Assembly (NCBI GenBank): GCA_009103225.1 | Contig: RHPI01003369.1 | Location: forward strand, 975,490-1,039,489 | Length of the DNA: 64,000 nt | Reading direction: 5' to 3' | From: Chlorokybus atmophyticus | Taxonomy: Eukaryota; Plantae; Mesostigma and Chlorokybus algae | In this document: positions 39,591 to 51,193 of the stretch, one piece after another | Position numbering within the stretch: position 1 is the stretch's first letter | How the letters are laid out: each line of letters opens with the position of its first letter | Translations under genes and position numbers: made by a program | Notes under the pieces: generated by a model | Databases searched by the model: none | Told to the model about the DNA's origin: nothing | The model's input: the letters and a program-made list of their open reading frames with translations, nothing else

Positions 39591-40917
39591 CGCGGGTGCG
39601 CAAGCTGCCTCTGCCATCAAACTCTGTTATCACGTCGCAGGCGTAGCGACTCCCATATAATGGCGCAGCACAACGCTCCACTGCCTGCTCGATCACCTGA
39701 CGCCCATCCGCCGCCATACACCACCTGCTGGTCGTGGTGGTCTCGTCCAGCATGCGTTCATCTAGGCCCTCGACATGGCTGTCGTCACTCGTGTACTCCC
39801 CCGCATCGCCATTTTCTTCGAGCTGCCCCACAATCAGTGCGACATGCCGTGTGACATACAGCCACTGCCAGCCAAAGCATGCCAAGTATAACTCGAATGG
39901 TTCTACTTGCCACCCAGCATGTTTGCTCAGGTACGGCACACATCTCGACCCGCATCAGTCGACATCGATAGGTACATCTGCTGCAGCAGGTCGAAGTTCT
40001 GCTCCGCGGATAGCTCTTACACATTGCCGGGTTGCTGCGGCAGCAACAACACCATCATATCGAGGACGGCGAGGGGCAACAACGTACTACGGATGGCCAT
40101 ATCGTGTATGGGTTCCAACCATGGCCAATCCCCGAAGGTCTGTTTAGACCGCACTCTCCTGATTTACTCCCACTTATTGCATACTTTCGTCACCCACCTT
40201 GAGGCATGCCGCATGCGGTGATGCAGCGCGTCTTGGGCGTATTGTAGGGCGATCAACTCCTTTGCACTACGACTTAGCCCCTCAAGGCGTCTGCGCGTCG
40301 GTGCTTTGAGCTTAGGCAGCTCGTGCCGCACCGACAGTCTCGCTGGTCGATGCTGAGCAGCAACTTGACGCTGTAAACCCGCATGTGCCTACTCAGGACA
40401 CACAGTCAGCCCTAGTGAGGCTTCAAGGCGTTGTGCTTCTTCTAACGTTGTAACAAACGATGCCTCACCTTTCCTTCTTTGGTCCTGTCAGCGTCCCTTG
40501 TTCCAACAACCTTCTGCTTCTTTTGTCAACCTGCACATCCTGGCAGGCGCTCTCCGTGGCATTGTCACTCCGAGGAGGTAAGGCGTTATCTTGCTCCACA
40601 GCCTTGCGCTTGTTGGTTGCCTCCCGTTCCTCCACGACCTGATGTTGCTTCATGAGGTCGAGCAAGCCTTTGTCTTTCAGCGCAGCTTTCAGGACACCTC
40701 AATCAATCTCTTTACCAACAAGACAGGCTGGGATCAATGTGGCAAGCTTAAAGGGAGAGGGCGAGCTACAGCTGCTTTTTGATAAAGATGCCTCCGAATG
40801 GTCAAAGTGCCGTGGCAAGTGAGTCTCCATGGCAGGAAGGGAGGGTGCTGAATTGTTATTGCGAGCATGTGGCTGTGGTTGAGGGGAGGCAGGATGTGCA
40901 GAACACTTGGCTACTTC

Positions 40918-41790
40918 TTACCTAGCGCACAAAGGCGAGGCCTCAGGCGTTGGCGCAGCACTTCGGGTCACATCTGATGGTAGCGGGGAATGGGCAACGC
41001 CATTCCGCCACTTTTCGATCAGGTCTGTTACCTCTGGTGGCACTTCATGCATAGGCCACGACCATTGTTCGGTGCTTGCAGGCTTGAGGAGCCAAAAGTG
41101 TGCTTCGGGCTCATCAGGAGCAGTGTTGCCCACCACTAGGACTGAGTTGGGGGCTTCTTTATTTCCAACCCAAACTGCGCTGCCGGGCCGTGGCACCCAC
41201 TCCCCATGCTCGCGCTGAACGGTCACGCAGCCAATCGACAAGCCCAACTTGTTAGCAAACATGGTCATCTGCAGGTGCTCGACGTACACATCTTTTCTCC
41301 GCACGATGTGTCGCACCTTGGCCATGGCTATGTCAATGTTGCAATTGACATCAGCCAACATCGTCGCAGGCAGTTTGTTGTAATACTGCGCCATCTCTCC
41401 CGCGGCACCAGTGGCTCTGCAGAAGTCTAGGATTCTGCTCGCCACGCCTGTATCGACAGCCTTGGCGGTGATTTTGCGGAGAGTGTCCCCCCTGCCGTCG
41501 TCGTCCATGGTGTCCAGCATGGCCCAAAATTTGCTCGAGATGGGGCACTTGTGATCATCCGAGACACTTTGCGCTATGGATGGCCTGGCGCGAAATACAC
41601 AATGGTAGAAGCAATTACCATCCGTTGGCGCATTGAAGTGGTCCCATGAGGCGAGCTGGCCACCTAGCATGACTGATGGCTGTATACGGGTTGCGGCCAG
41701 CTCCTCTGATGACTCGCTGGCAGGTGGTGACCCCTGCTGCATGCGCATACAGCACTCAAAAAGTGTGTCCAACTGGATGGCAAGAGTCAC
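40918..41790 (-). pseudogene. OTU-like cysteine protease (deubiquitinase) domain exon
   Basis: 290 aa open stretch with PTDGNCFYHCV (catalytic D/C) and a distal EAHFWLLKP (catalytic His). It ends at an AG|gtaag donor, and the neighbouring exons contain stops. Confidence 0.72.
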
Positions 41791-42736
41791 TGTGACTGAT
41801 AAAGTACTTGAGTTTGGGGCAGACTGCCGGCTTCAACTTGCAGCGGGTGGGGTAAGGTAGGTGCAGAAGCCACATCGGTTGTTGCATTGTGCTTCGGTCT
41901 CGCCGGTGGCGGTAAGAAGGATTGTTGCCCCGCAATCACCGATGCTGCTCGTGGAGGAGATGGCAGTGCATGAAGGACCGGTGCCGCGGAAGGTGGTTGC
42001 GCTCTGGCTGCGAGGGGAGCAGGAGCGGCAAGTGACTTGTGCATGCAGCAAGGGGGGCTGTATATAGGACTCTGGATAAGATGGCTCACGATGTTGCAAA
42101 GGACGAATATAAGCTTATGCAGTGCCTGACGCATTGTTACCAAGGCACGAGCATAAAAGACAGCGATTTACCTCAATGGCCCGTGGGCTGCATGGAGCAG
42201 GGGAAGCCATGGGGGCTGACAAGGTGGTATTGGGTGCACTCTCCCCGCCACCCTCGATCGCAGACTCGTCACGGAGCTTGTGAGCCATAGGGCACATCAT
42301 GCGCCATTGCCTCAATGAACATGTCGGGATTCAACAGGCTAACATGCATGTTAAACTGATGCCGCATTGCCGCTGCGCCCATCAGCAAGTGGGATTGAAG
42401 GACCAGTTGATGGGATTGAATCCAGGCTTGCACAGGAGCTCCAACATGACCTAGTGTATTGTGGTGCTGTCAACCAATCACATGTGGGTTGCCTGCATGC
42501 TTGCGACACTGCAATTGCAATATTCAACCGCGTCACATCATCATTAGTTGTTTGCTTCGAATAGTCACCTGCGGCATTGCCGGTTGATGCACAAATGATT
42601 GCATGGACTGCGTCATTGCTGGTTGATGCACTACCGGTTGAATGCCGGACGAATGGCCACGCGCTCCTGCGCTCAAACCCAGCCTACTTCGTTTTGCACG
42701 CGCGCGCGACTTCGCACGCTCACGCACATCCTCAGG

Positions 42737-42779
42737 ATGCCTACCTTTGCATGCTAGGCTAGCATGCAAAGGTAGGCAT
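42737..42779. repeat. Perfect 21 bp inverted repeat with a 1 nt spacer
   Basis: atgcctacctttgcatgctag-g-ctagcatgcaaaggtaggcat. Confidence 0.95.
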
Positions 42780-44341
42780 GCATTGGAGGTGCATGCAGTC
42801 AACATGCACAGTGAGATTGGCAACAACATACCACCACCCAGCTCTGTCCATCTGCTCTGGCTTTCGCAATGTCAGGTTGACTGTGGGGTGGGTATGGGTG
42901 AATAGTGGAGGCTTGCAGCCATGCTACATGTATCACATGGACTGCGCTAAAAAATAAATTGCTCTTGCAATGAAATGCATAGGACTGTTGAGCGTACCTC
43001 TGCATTCCTTTCTGCTTGTTCCCACAGCCGCAATTGGTCGCGCATGGTTTTGTCAAGGGGCTCCAAGAACTGCAGCTCATGATCCACTCCTTGTTGCAGA
43101 AAGCAAGCCACCAAGCAGCTCTCTGTGTGAAGGCCTTGGCATGAGTTTTCAGTTTTTCGCGGGTCTCATTATTACTAGTGATATATACCTTGACACACTG
43201 TGCTGTTAAGTTTAAGAGTGCACTTAAATCCACAGGTGCCACTTGAGAGCATTTGCTCAGTTGCAACACATTCATGTGCAACTTTCTCTTCTTATGTGAC
43301 ATGCCAACAAGCGCGAACTGCTGCCTAGTCACTCTGATACGGTATCAGAGTTGGTTGTGACTCTCGTGATTTGCGTTTTTTTCAACGCGTAGTGTGCGGT
43401 AGTTCAGTAGGGCTGTCCACCCTATCTGGCAATTATCGTGCAGGACACGAGTCTCATTCTTTGCAACATGGAAGTTGCAATGCAAGTGGGGAGGAATGTC
43501 ACGCTCAAAGGGCTGGCGAAAGTAACTTTCAGTTCCTTATTTATTTTATGTGGTAAGTAGGAGGGACCAAGTGAGGATTCCTCATGCCATACTGTGTAGC
43601 ACTTCGTATGTGTGCTTATGCGGTGAGTCCTTGTCTCCTTAGTAGTTAGGGCTATGTAGATGCACAAGGCACTGTATATCAACACGCACATGGCTGGTCG
43701 GTGCCATATGCTCCGACTTGTATAGTGCCAGCGCTATGACACTGGGGCAGCAGATACGTCACGTACGAACGAATGAACACGGTGTTGCAAGTGGCAAATT
43801 GCAAGTCAATCCTGCAATTTGCCAATATGATGTGTTTGGACAAGCACACAAAGAATTTTGGCAGATTCAAAATTCGGTTGACTTATCATGTATTTAACAA
43901 TTTTAAGGTTTTATAACCCCGATGTCGATGTCGTGTGACGGGACATGTCTTATATTGAACGCAATCAGCGTGCTCACATTGTGCTGAAGGTCAGCACAAT
44001 GTGACAAGGCCTTGAGCCTTGAAAATCATGTGTGCCAGGCCGGGAGAGCGGCAAGTGGTATATATGCTTAGTAGTAACCTTGATATGAATCAGAGTGTGT
44101 TCACCACTCAAGGGCCACTTGTGTGTGGGGTGCCTGGTTGCAGCTGTTACAGGCGCTCTCCCCCTCATCCATGTGGGTTGTGTGTGGCGTTCATGGGTGG
44201 CTGCACTTGTGTGTGTGTGTGGGAGCTGTTGGAGGGCTAATCCGGATGTGAAGTGCATAAGTTCTTTGTGCTTGTGCATAAAGAACTTATGTGCACTTTG
44301 TGAGGCTCACTATCAAGTCAGTGAGTGGTATCGATACAGCA

Positions 44342-44836
44342 AGTGAGTGAGTGCACCATGCCATCTCATTATCTATTGGTGCTTGCGTGATCTGCCAATG
44401 TTTGCATGACCATTGCATGACTAAGCGACGGCTATTAACAGTGGGAAAGCGCAATAACAATGCCTGCATGCATGTATAGTGCGTGTTGTGTTGCGTAGGA
44501 TATATGACCCTGTGCACCATGGTGGCAGCGGGCCCAGTCACTGGTTGGCTCCATCGTCTTCAGCGTCGTTGTCGTCTTGGTGTGGACGTGTGGATTCGGC
44601 CTAACACCCACACCTCTGCTGCGCAGGTGGTGGTCCTACCTACCTACTCTGTTTGTCCCGCCCTGCCTTCCCTCCAGCAAAGTGGAACCTGTTGGTTGTG
44701 TTGCTGCTATTGGTTGTACTGCCTTAAATTTTGCAGTTAGTTGTATTGAGCGCTGTCTAGGCCCCCGCCCAAACTGTTGCAATTGCAAGCATGTGTGTGA
44801 GCGAGTGCGCATGCGTTTTGCAATCTTTTGCTCTAT
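44342..44836 (+). repeat. Direct repeat copy B (~495 bp)
   Basis: Counterpart of 30974-31462 in the same orientation. Confidence 0.92.
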
Positions 44837-45147
44837 GTCGTAAGTTGATACAAGTCTTGACTAACGACGTGTGAGCATAGTCGTTTTTTAACATTCTCAG
44901 AACGCATGTATATTATGTGTTGCCACCAAGTTCGCATGCGCGCATGTGAATACGGGGTAATTGTGCGGTCAATGTTGCATATGCTTGCATGAGGAGTGTT
45001 GCAGTTTAATATGATACAAACGAGCACATTCAAATTCGAGAGCTCTTTAGTGTTACTAATATTGATGACTGCTTTCATATCTTGCAATAAACGTTGATGG
45101 CAACTATCAACCAATTCACGACACTTATGCTCTGAACAAGGTTATGT

Positions 45148-45180
45148 CATGGTGTGATGATTTAAAATCATCACACCATG
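45148..45180. repeat. Perfect 16 bp inverted repeat with a 1 nt spacer
   Basis: catggtgtgatgattt-a-aaatcatcacaccatg. Confidence 0.95.
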
Positions 45181-47137
45181 CCTTAGCCAATGTTGCTACA
45201 GTCACGTCAATTATTACAATTACGTAAATCATGTGATGTTCACGTGGTTTGCAACGAGAATTCTCACATGATTCGGACATTGCAAGCCTTACAGCCTCAG
45301 CATGCACAATGTTCAACTGAAATACTGAGATGCATTAAAGATGCTATTCACTTTGCATACATACTTGATAGATTATCAACGTATAGCTAGTTACAAGTAA
45401 TATCAGCGTTAAGAGCCGAAACTTAAGGCACTCTAATAAATATCTTAAGCTATGACCTATGAAAGCTATAACCATATCTTACATAGGTTGAAGTTGAAAC
45501 ATTTATTTTGCGATGTTCAAGGTACCGATAGTGTTGCTTAATACGACGTTTCGATACGTTGTTACCATGTGATAACAAGTGTAACATGTCTAACATCGAA
45601 GGCGCTTATATATGGCTAATTGCATTTATTGTCGGATGCGATGTGTAATATGAATCGCAATTGAATACCAATCAGCAATGCTGTACTTTCACCTATTAGC
45701 AACCTTTGTTGAAAGCATGCTACTAAATCATGGTATCCGCGATCAAATTCATAAATGGGATATAGATTGAGTTAATTAAAAGCCTACGCACGTATTGTAT
45801 ACACATGATAGTATCAGTCTATTGAAAAAAACAAGCATTGAGATGATGACAAAGCACAACAACCCAAGCAAATCAAAAACAATGGCGAATTACGGTAACA
45901 TTTAAAAAAAAATAATGAGCATGTGCTGATAATCTTAAGACATATGTTGAGGCTTTTATTTGCGTGGAGCTTGCTTACATGCATCGCCCTCACGCTCGGA
46001 GAGGGGAGGGGAGTTTGAACTCGAGCAGAGAGATTTAAGGGAAGTCACCATGAACGTCGACGCGCTTACTATCTGATATTAACGAAGCAAGTAACATTAT
46101 GTGCTACTCATTTAATTTTATTTCATATTCAATAGACAAGAATTAGGACGACTATGTTAACGCAAGAAAACATATACATATGGTGCGCATGCATACGTGT
46201 GTGCAACTTATATTTTCTATTTAATATTATCATAAGCATATGTTACAAACGATCATTACATGCCTCGCACATATAATGTAGCGCAATTCAATAAATCATA
46301 AAATTACGATCAAAAAACTATGTGATAACTCAACACATGTTTCCTGATTTGATTACAATCATCAATTAATCGTGTTTATAAGGTGCATGCAATGTAATAC
46401 GAGCTGTTTGGTACTTGGAAGTATCTTAATGCAAGCAATGAGGCATGGATTTGTTGTGACATGATGAGGGGCGTGTCTCCTCATCACATCAAGCGACCCA
46501 ATGATTGGTTGACGCTAACATACTTCAGTAGTTTTTTATGGCCAATCGCCAGTCAACGATTCGTAACGCATGCTTGGCAACGATTTTATTGTAGAACATG
46601 AGATGTGATATCAGTGATAGTTATATCACGCACAGTGCGTGACGCACACGTTAGCGGAGGATATTCCTCTCAGGCACGTCCCAGTCAATAGGGACGACAG
46701 GCGGCGAAACAGTCTCGCGCAGAGCCACGCGATACGGAGGCGTTCTTGCTGCAACGCTGGCCGCCGCGTCGCGGTTTCTGCTGCTGAGGTGGAGGCGGGA
46801 AAAACGCACGCACGCTCCTGTCCACGCGGCGCACGCAGCAACAACGCTACTGCGCTTACAACGCTACTGCGCTAAGGATTTTGGCGCAAAATGCTGACGA
46901 CTTACAACGCAACTCAGGCTGCACATCATCCCCTCACGTGCGTGGCCTGATCGGCGGCGGCGGCGGCGGCGGAAGGAAGAGGAGGAAGAAGAGGAGACGC
47001 AGGTGGAGGAGCAGAGGCCGTTTGAGTAGCGGACTGTGGAGGACGAGTGGTTGTTTGCATCGTGTTCAAAGCCTAGTGTGTGCGTCCTGAGAGACCAGGC
47101 TCCAACAACAACAGCAGCAGCAGCAATACTAGTAGCG

Positions 47138-48213
47138 ATGGGTCCGCTGGCGATATTGAAGCGGCCGCTGCTGGAAGAGGGCGAAAGGGGGACGCCCAAG
47201 CACATGCGGGCGCCCATGATAGATGCCAAGGTTGGGCCCAGAGACAGCTTTCAAAGACTGCTGTTGCATGCTCGATCCAATCCCTTTGCGCTTGCTGTGA
47301 GCTTATGAAACCCTAATGTACTGCTACTTATCAATGCCTGATCAGCGTTGTTGCCTGGCCCTGCCTTTTCAGGTGGAGATCAAGGAAACCCAGGAAGCCT
47401 TCCTGTACGTTGTCAGCCTGCCCGGGCTGAAGAAAGAGGACATGGAGTTGCTTTTAAACCAAGGATGGTGAGTGCAAGGCATTGCCTTGATATAGAGACT
47501 AAGCGATCCTGGGATCTCAAATGTTGCAGTACTGTTGTTACATGCATCTTGCGTGCAATGTCAGTCCATGTCCTTTTGCCATGACAGCGATTGTGAGTTG
47601 TAAAGCATCACCAGTATCACCACATGTTGTTACGTCTAGTGGGCAATCGCCGAGTTGTCGTACTGATGTTGTGCGCTCTGTGTTCAGGGATAGCATGACG
47701 ATTACAGCAGATGTGGGGTTGTCATCCTGTAGCGACGAGGAGCGCGCAGCTATGCGCGAGTCAGGCGTGCAGTTCCGCGGCCGATTCCGCCGCACCCTCA
47801 GATTGCCCAAAGACTCTGACCGCGACAACATCAGGTACTACATGTTTTTGTTGTCTGCGCACTGCACAAACCACACTCGCACACGCATACACATAAGCCA
47901 GTGTGCATGTATCTCGTACCCGCGCACACGCAGCAGCTCACACGCAAGTGCTCATTCGCATGCACACCTGCAGCCGCACCCGTGTACGCGCATATGTGCA
48001 CAACACACGGATACATGCACCACCCACCCACCCACTTTCACTTTGTGCAGGGCGACGTGCACGCGGGAGGGTTTGCTCACTGTGACAGTCCCCCGGCAAA
48101 AGAAGAAAGTGCAGGAGGCAATGGCGATAATCAAGAAGCTACGCATCACCTCCTTCACCTTTGCTGGCTCATCGGAACCACAGCTCAACGGTGCAATGCT
48201 CTCGCCAATATAG
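47138..48213 (+). CDS. HSP20/alpha-crystallin-domain protein, multi-exon
   Basis: DAK|VEIKETQEAFLYVVSLPGLKKEDM...GRFRRTLRLPKDSDRDNIR|ATCTREGLLTVTVPR matches the ACD beta-strand pattern. Confidence 0.85.
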
Positions 48214-48927
48214 CGAGTCACACGTTTCAACCCTGTATTTATGTCCCCGCACACCCTGCTGCTAATCTAGTTCTCTCAGCCCTGTTGATGTACTGCCAAG
48301 GTGCAGTACAATAAACAGCACGATCAAGTGGCCTGCCTAGGCAGACCCTAGTCCTTTTGCTTTGCTGTAGTTGACTGGCTTCTACAGCACAACAATAATA
48401 GGAATGAAGTTGGCACAGCAATGCTGTGCAGTTGTTGCCCATTCATCTGCTGGCGCAAGGAGTGGTTAATTCTCTGCTGCATTGGATCAATTCTATATCA
48501 AAGCCTTGTGCAACGCAGAGCAGCATGATCTTTACAAGTCACAGCTTGCTTGCTGATATGCATGATCAGCGTAACTCTGCATCTGTCCCGTGAATTGTGC
48601 CAGTCATGAGCTTGGGTGTCACGCACAATTATTTGTGCATCGCGTAGGAGGCGTGAGCAACTCTGCAACAGAAAACGAAAGGCAACTTCTTGGCCGTGTC
48701 CTCGTGCCTTCGCATAAAAAGCTTTGCTGGAAGTTCAATATCACGGCATAAGGTCGTTGCTACATGGTTGCAACAACAAGCACTACCTGACCATGAATAG
48801 CATTTCGTATCTACCCCCCCACACACCGTCCCCATGTGCCCAATGCATACACTTGTACTATGCCAAGTCAATGGTAAGAACTCTCCTGCCTCCCGCTGAG
48901 CTGCAAACTAACACAATGGCCCTCCCC

Positions 48928-51193
48928 CTACTTCTCCTGTATGTTTAAGATCCCGTCATCAGCGAACAGGAACGCCTCCTGTGCACCGGTGCTGCTGTCG
49001 TCGTCCTTCCTGCCCGCTTGCTGCGCGCTCTTCGGGCTTCCACTCGCACTCGCCGTGCGAATGCTCCCCTCGTCCTGGAGGTACTTCCACGGCGGGACGG
49101 GCGAGTCGGACTTCCATAACCCGCGCCTGGCCTCACGAGCCTCAGCCTCCCACTACAGGCATGGACTCTCTCAGTCAGTGTAACAAATAAGTTGGTGTGC
49201 ATCGTGTTGTCCAGCATGTTGGTTGACCGTTGCATGACATGTGCTGATGTATGCATTGTGAACAAGCAACGCAGATTTGGTCGGACTGTTCCAGATTGTT
49301 GGCATTATGCTGAGTGCTCTGCTGCGGTTGGTGTTGCGTGGGGTCTGTGGGTAAGGAGTGTTACATTACGTCTACCTCGACAAAGCTTGAGTTGTTGCTG
49401 TTGTCCTGTCCGGGCCGATGCCACGCCAGCCCGCGACGAAGAAGCATCTCCTACAAAAGGGAAAGGGTTGTGTTGGTAGAGAAGTGCATATCCAGTAACA
49501 AACCATCCATTGCAAATGCAACCAACCTGCAGGAATAGTGGGCCGCATCGCACGTCGGCGAGCTCCACGCCATCATCTGCGTTCACGTCCATCACGCGGA
49601 TCCGGCAAGCTCTTCCCGCCACCGAAGACCTCAGAGCCTGTGTACGCAGAATGTGCGGTTATGCATTGACCAATGCAGTAATATATTTCCGCGTTGTCAA
49701 TGTGGAAGGCAAAGACAAGATAGACTGTGAGAGCATACAACAAGGGTGTGGGCTCAAGCATGTGAAGGCCTATACCTGCATGGCCGCTGAGCCTTGCGGC
49801 TGTGCGAGTTCGGGGCATGCAACGCCGCTGTTGATCCAACATAAATGCAATATTAAAGGCATGTAACAACAAACTGGTTGCAGGTGCAACCATGGTGCAC
49901 ACACCCTTTTGCACATGGAGAGCATTGTAGCATCGACACACACCTCATACGAATGGTGTGTTTGACGGCGAGGGTCTCTGATGCCATTGTGCGATCCGAG
50001 TCATCAGGGTTGCCACCATTCAAGGTTATCAACCTGCTTAGCACATATCAGTCTGTCCACTTGCCTTCAATGCATCCGCGCACGTTGTACATATGCTCCG
50101 GCACACACAGTCCAACGTATGTCTCCCCACCTGTAACCCTGCTGTTCCAGGCTTAACTTGTGCCTGTCGGCGGCCTCGCTGTCTCCCATGGCGCGAGCGG
50201 CTCGGTATGGCACCGCTGAAGCGTCCGCAGACTCGTCCACCGCCTCGTACGCGACGAAGGTGTCGCCGGACACCAGGTCCTCTGCATCAATCTGCATTCA
50301 TGACAAGAGCATATGAGCTGAGTGGGAGCTGGTGGTACGCTATAGTGATACATGTATATGTTGGGATGTGTGCATGAGCACAGACGCAAAGACAGCACCA
50401 TTGTATGCGTGCAGTGGTGCAGTGACTTAAACATGGACGAGTTTGTAAAAACACACATGGTTTAACATACCCATGCAAGCGCATAGTGCACATATGCACA
50501 CGTGTGCCCGTGTGCACACACACACATATGTGCAAACGCGCGCACATATGCATACGCGCACACATATGCATAGTTGCACACGTATGTGCACATATGCACT
50601 AAGTATGTGCTTAATCTCAACATGACTCTCTCCCAAGGCATACCACACCACATATCTCTGCGTCCACTCACCGGGAGAGACGCAAACGAATACGGTGGTT
50701 TCCGATCAAGTACGTCGCTGTTGTTTCCTCCATCCGGGCTGATGCTGTTCCGACCGCTGCCCCCGCCGTCAGCAGCGCGGGACTCCGAAAGGCGATCCCG
50801 CAGAGCTGCAATCTGGTGGGCGGCCACGGAATCGGAAGCCAGACCAGTTACAGTGGAAGAGGGCTTCTTGGGACTGCCTTCCTGGGCCTGTGTGAGATGT
50901 GAAGTGTTGGTTTGTGTTAATGCACACGCTCACACGCAAAGTTGTATCGCTGTACGCGCACATCGCAGACACGCAGGCACGCACCTACGCATGCACATAC
51001 ACGCGCACACATACAGACAGTCTGAAGGTCGTGCTCTCATGCGCATGCACAATTCTAAGCGCACACTCACTCAGACCAACACACAGCGTACCTTTCCAGC
51101 CGGGGCCTCGGGTCGGTAGCTGTCTTCGCGCTGCTTCTTGCTTGCTTCCACGTCGCCATCGTGGGTCTTGGGCTTCTGGCAGCAGTTGCCCAT
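48928..51193 (-). CDS. Staphylococcal-nuclease-like protein (plant CAN1/CAN2 type) with an MGNCC acylation motif
   Basis: Exons give MGNCCQK...; SLP|IDAEDLVSGDTFVAY; KHTIRMS|GVACPELAQPQG; VAGRACRIRV...LADVRCGPLFLQ|EMLLRRGLAWH; WEAEAREARRGLWKSDSPVPPWKY. Stop TAG at 48928. Confidence 0.82.

Larger units (their letters stand above)
30974..44836. mobile_element. Decayed large Plavaka-type DNA transposon island with TET/JBP-like, DNMT, Tudor, RING-like and OTU cargo
   Basis: Contiguous cluster of pseudogenised non-housekeeping frames around a Plavaka transposase, lying between intact host genes and bounded by a ~490 bp direct repeat. True termini and TSD were not found. Confidence 0.7.

Noticed and set aside
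31562-41790. Alternative genetic code (TAA/TAG = Gln, or TGA readthrough) explaining the in-frame stops
   Set aside because: Host genes end in TAA (DZIP1-like), TAG (ERO1, RPL29, SNase) and TGA (OEP21). The island has all three stop types plus frameshifts, so decay is the simpler explanation.
43340-43352. PBS-like cggtatcagagt (compare tggtatcagagc)
   Set aside because: Imperfect match, part of a palindrome, and not adjacent to an LTR.
30974-44836. LTR retrotransposon suggested by the direct repeats
   Set aside because: No gag, RT, RNase H or integrase between the repeats, no TG...CA termini, and no PBS next to repeat A.
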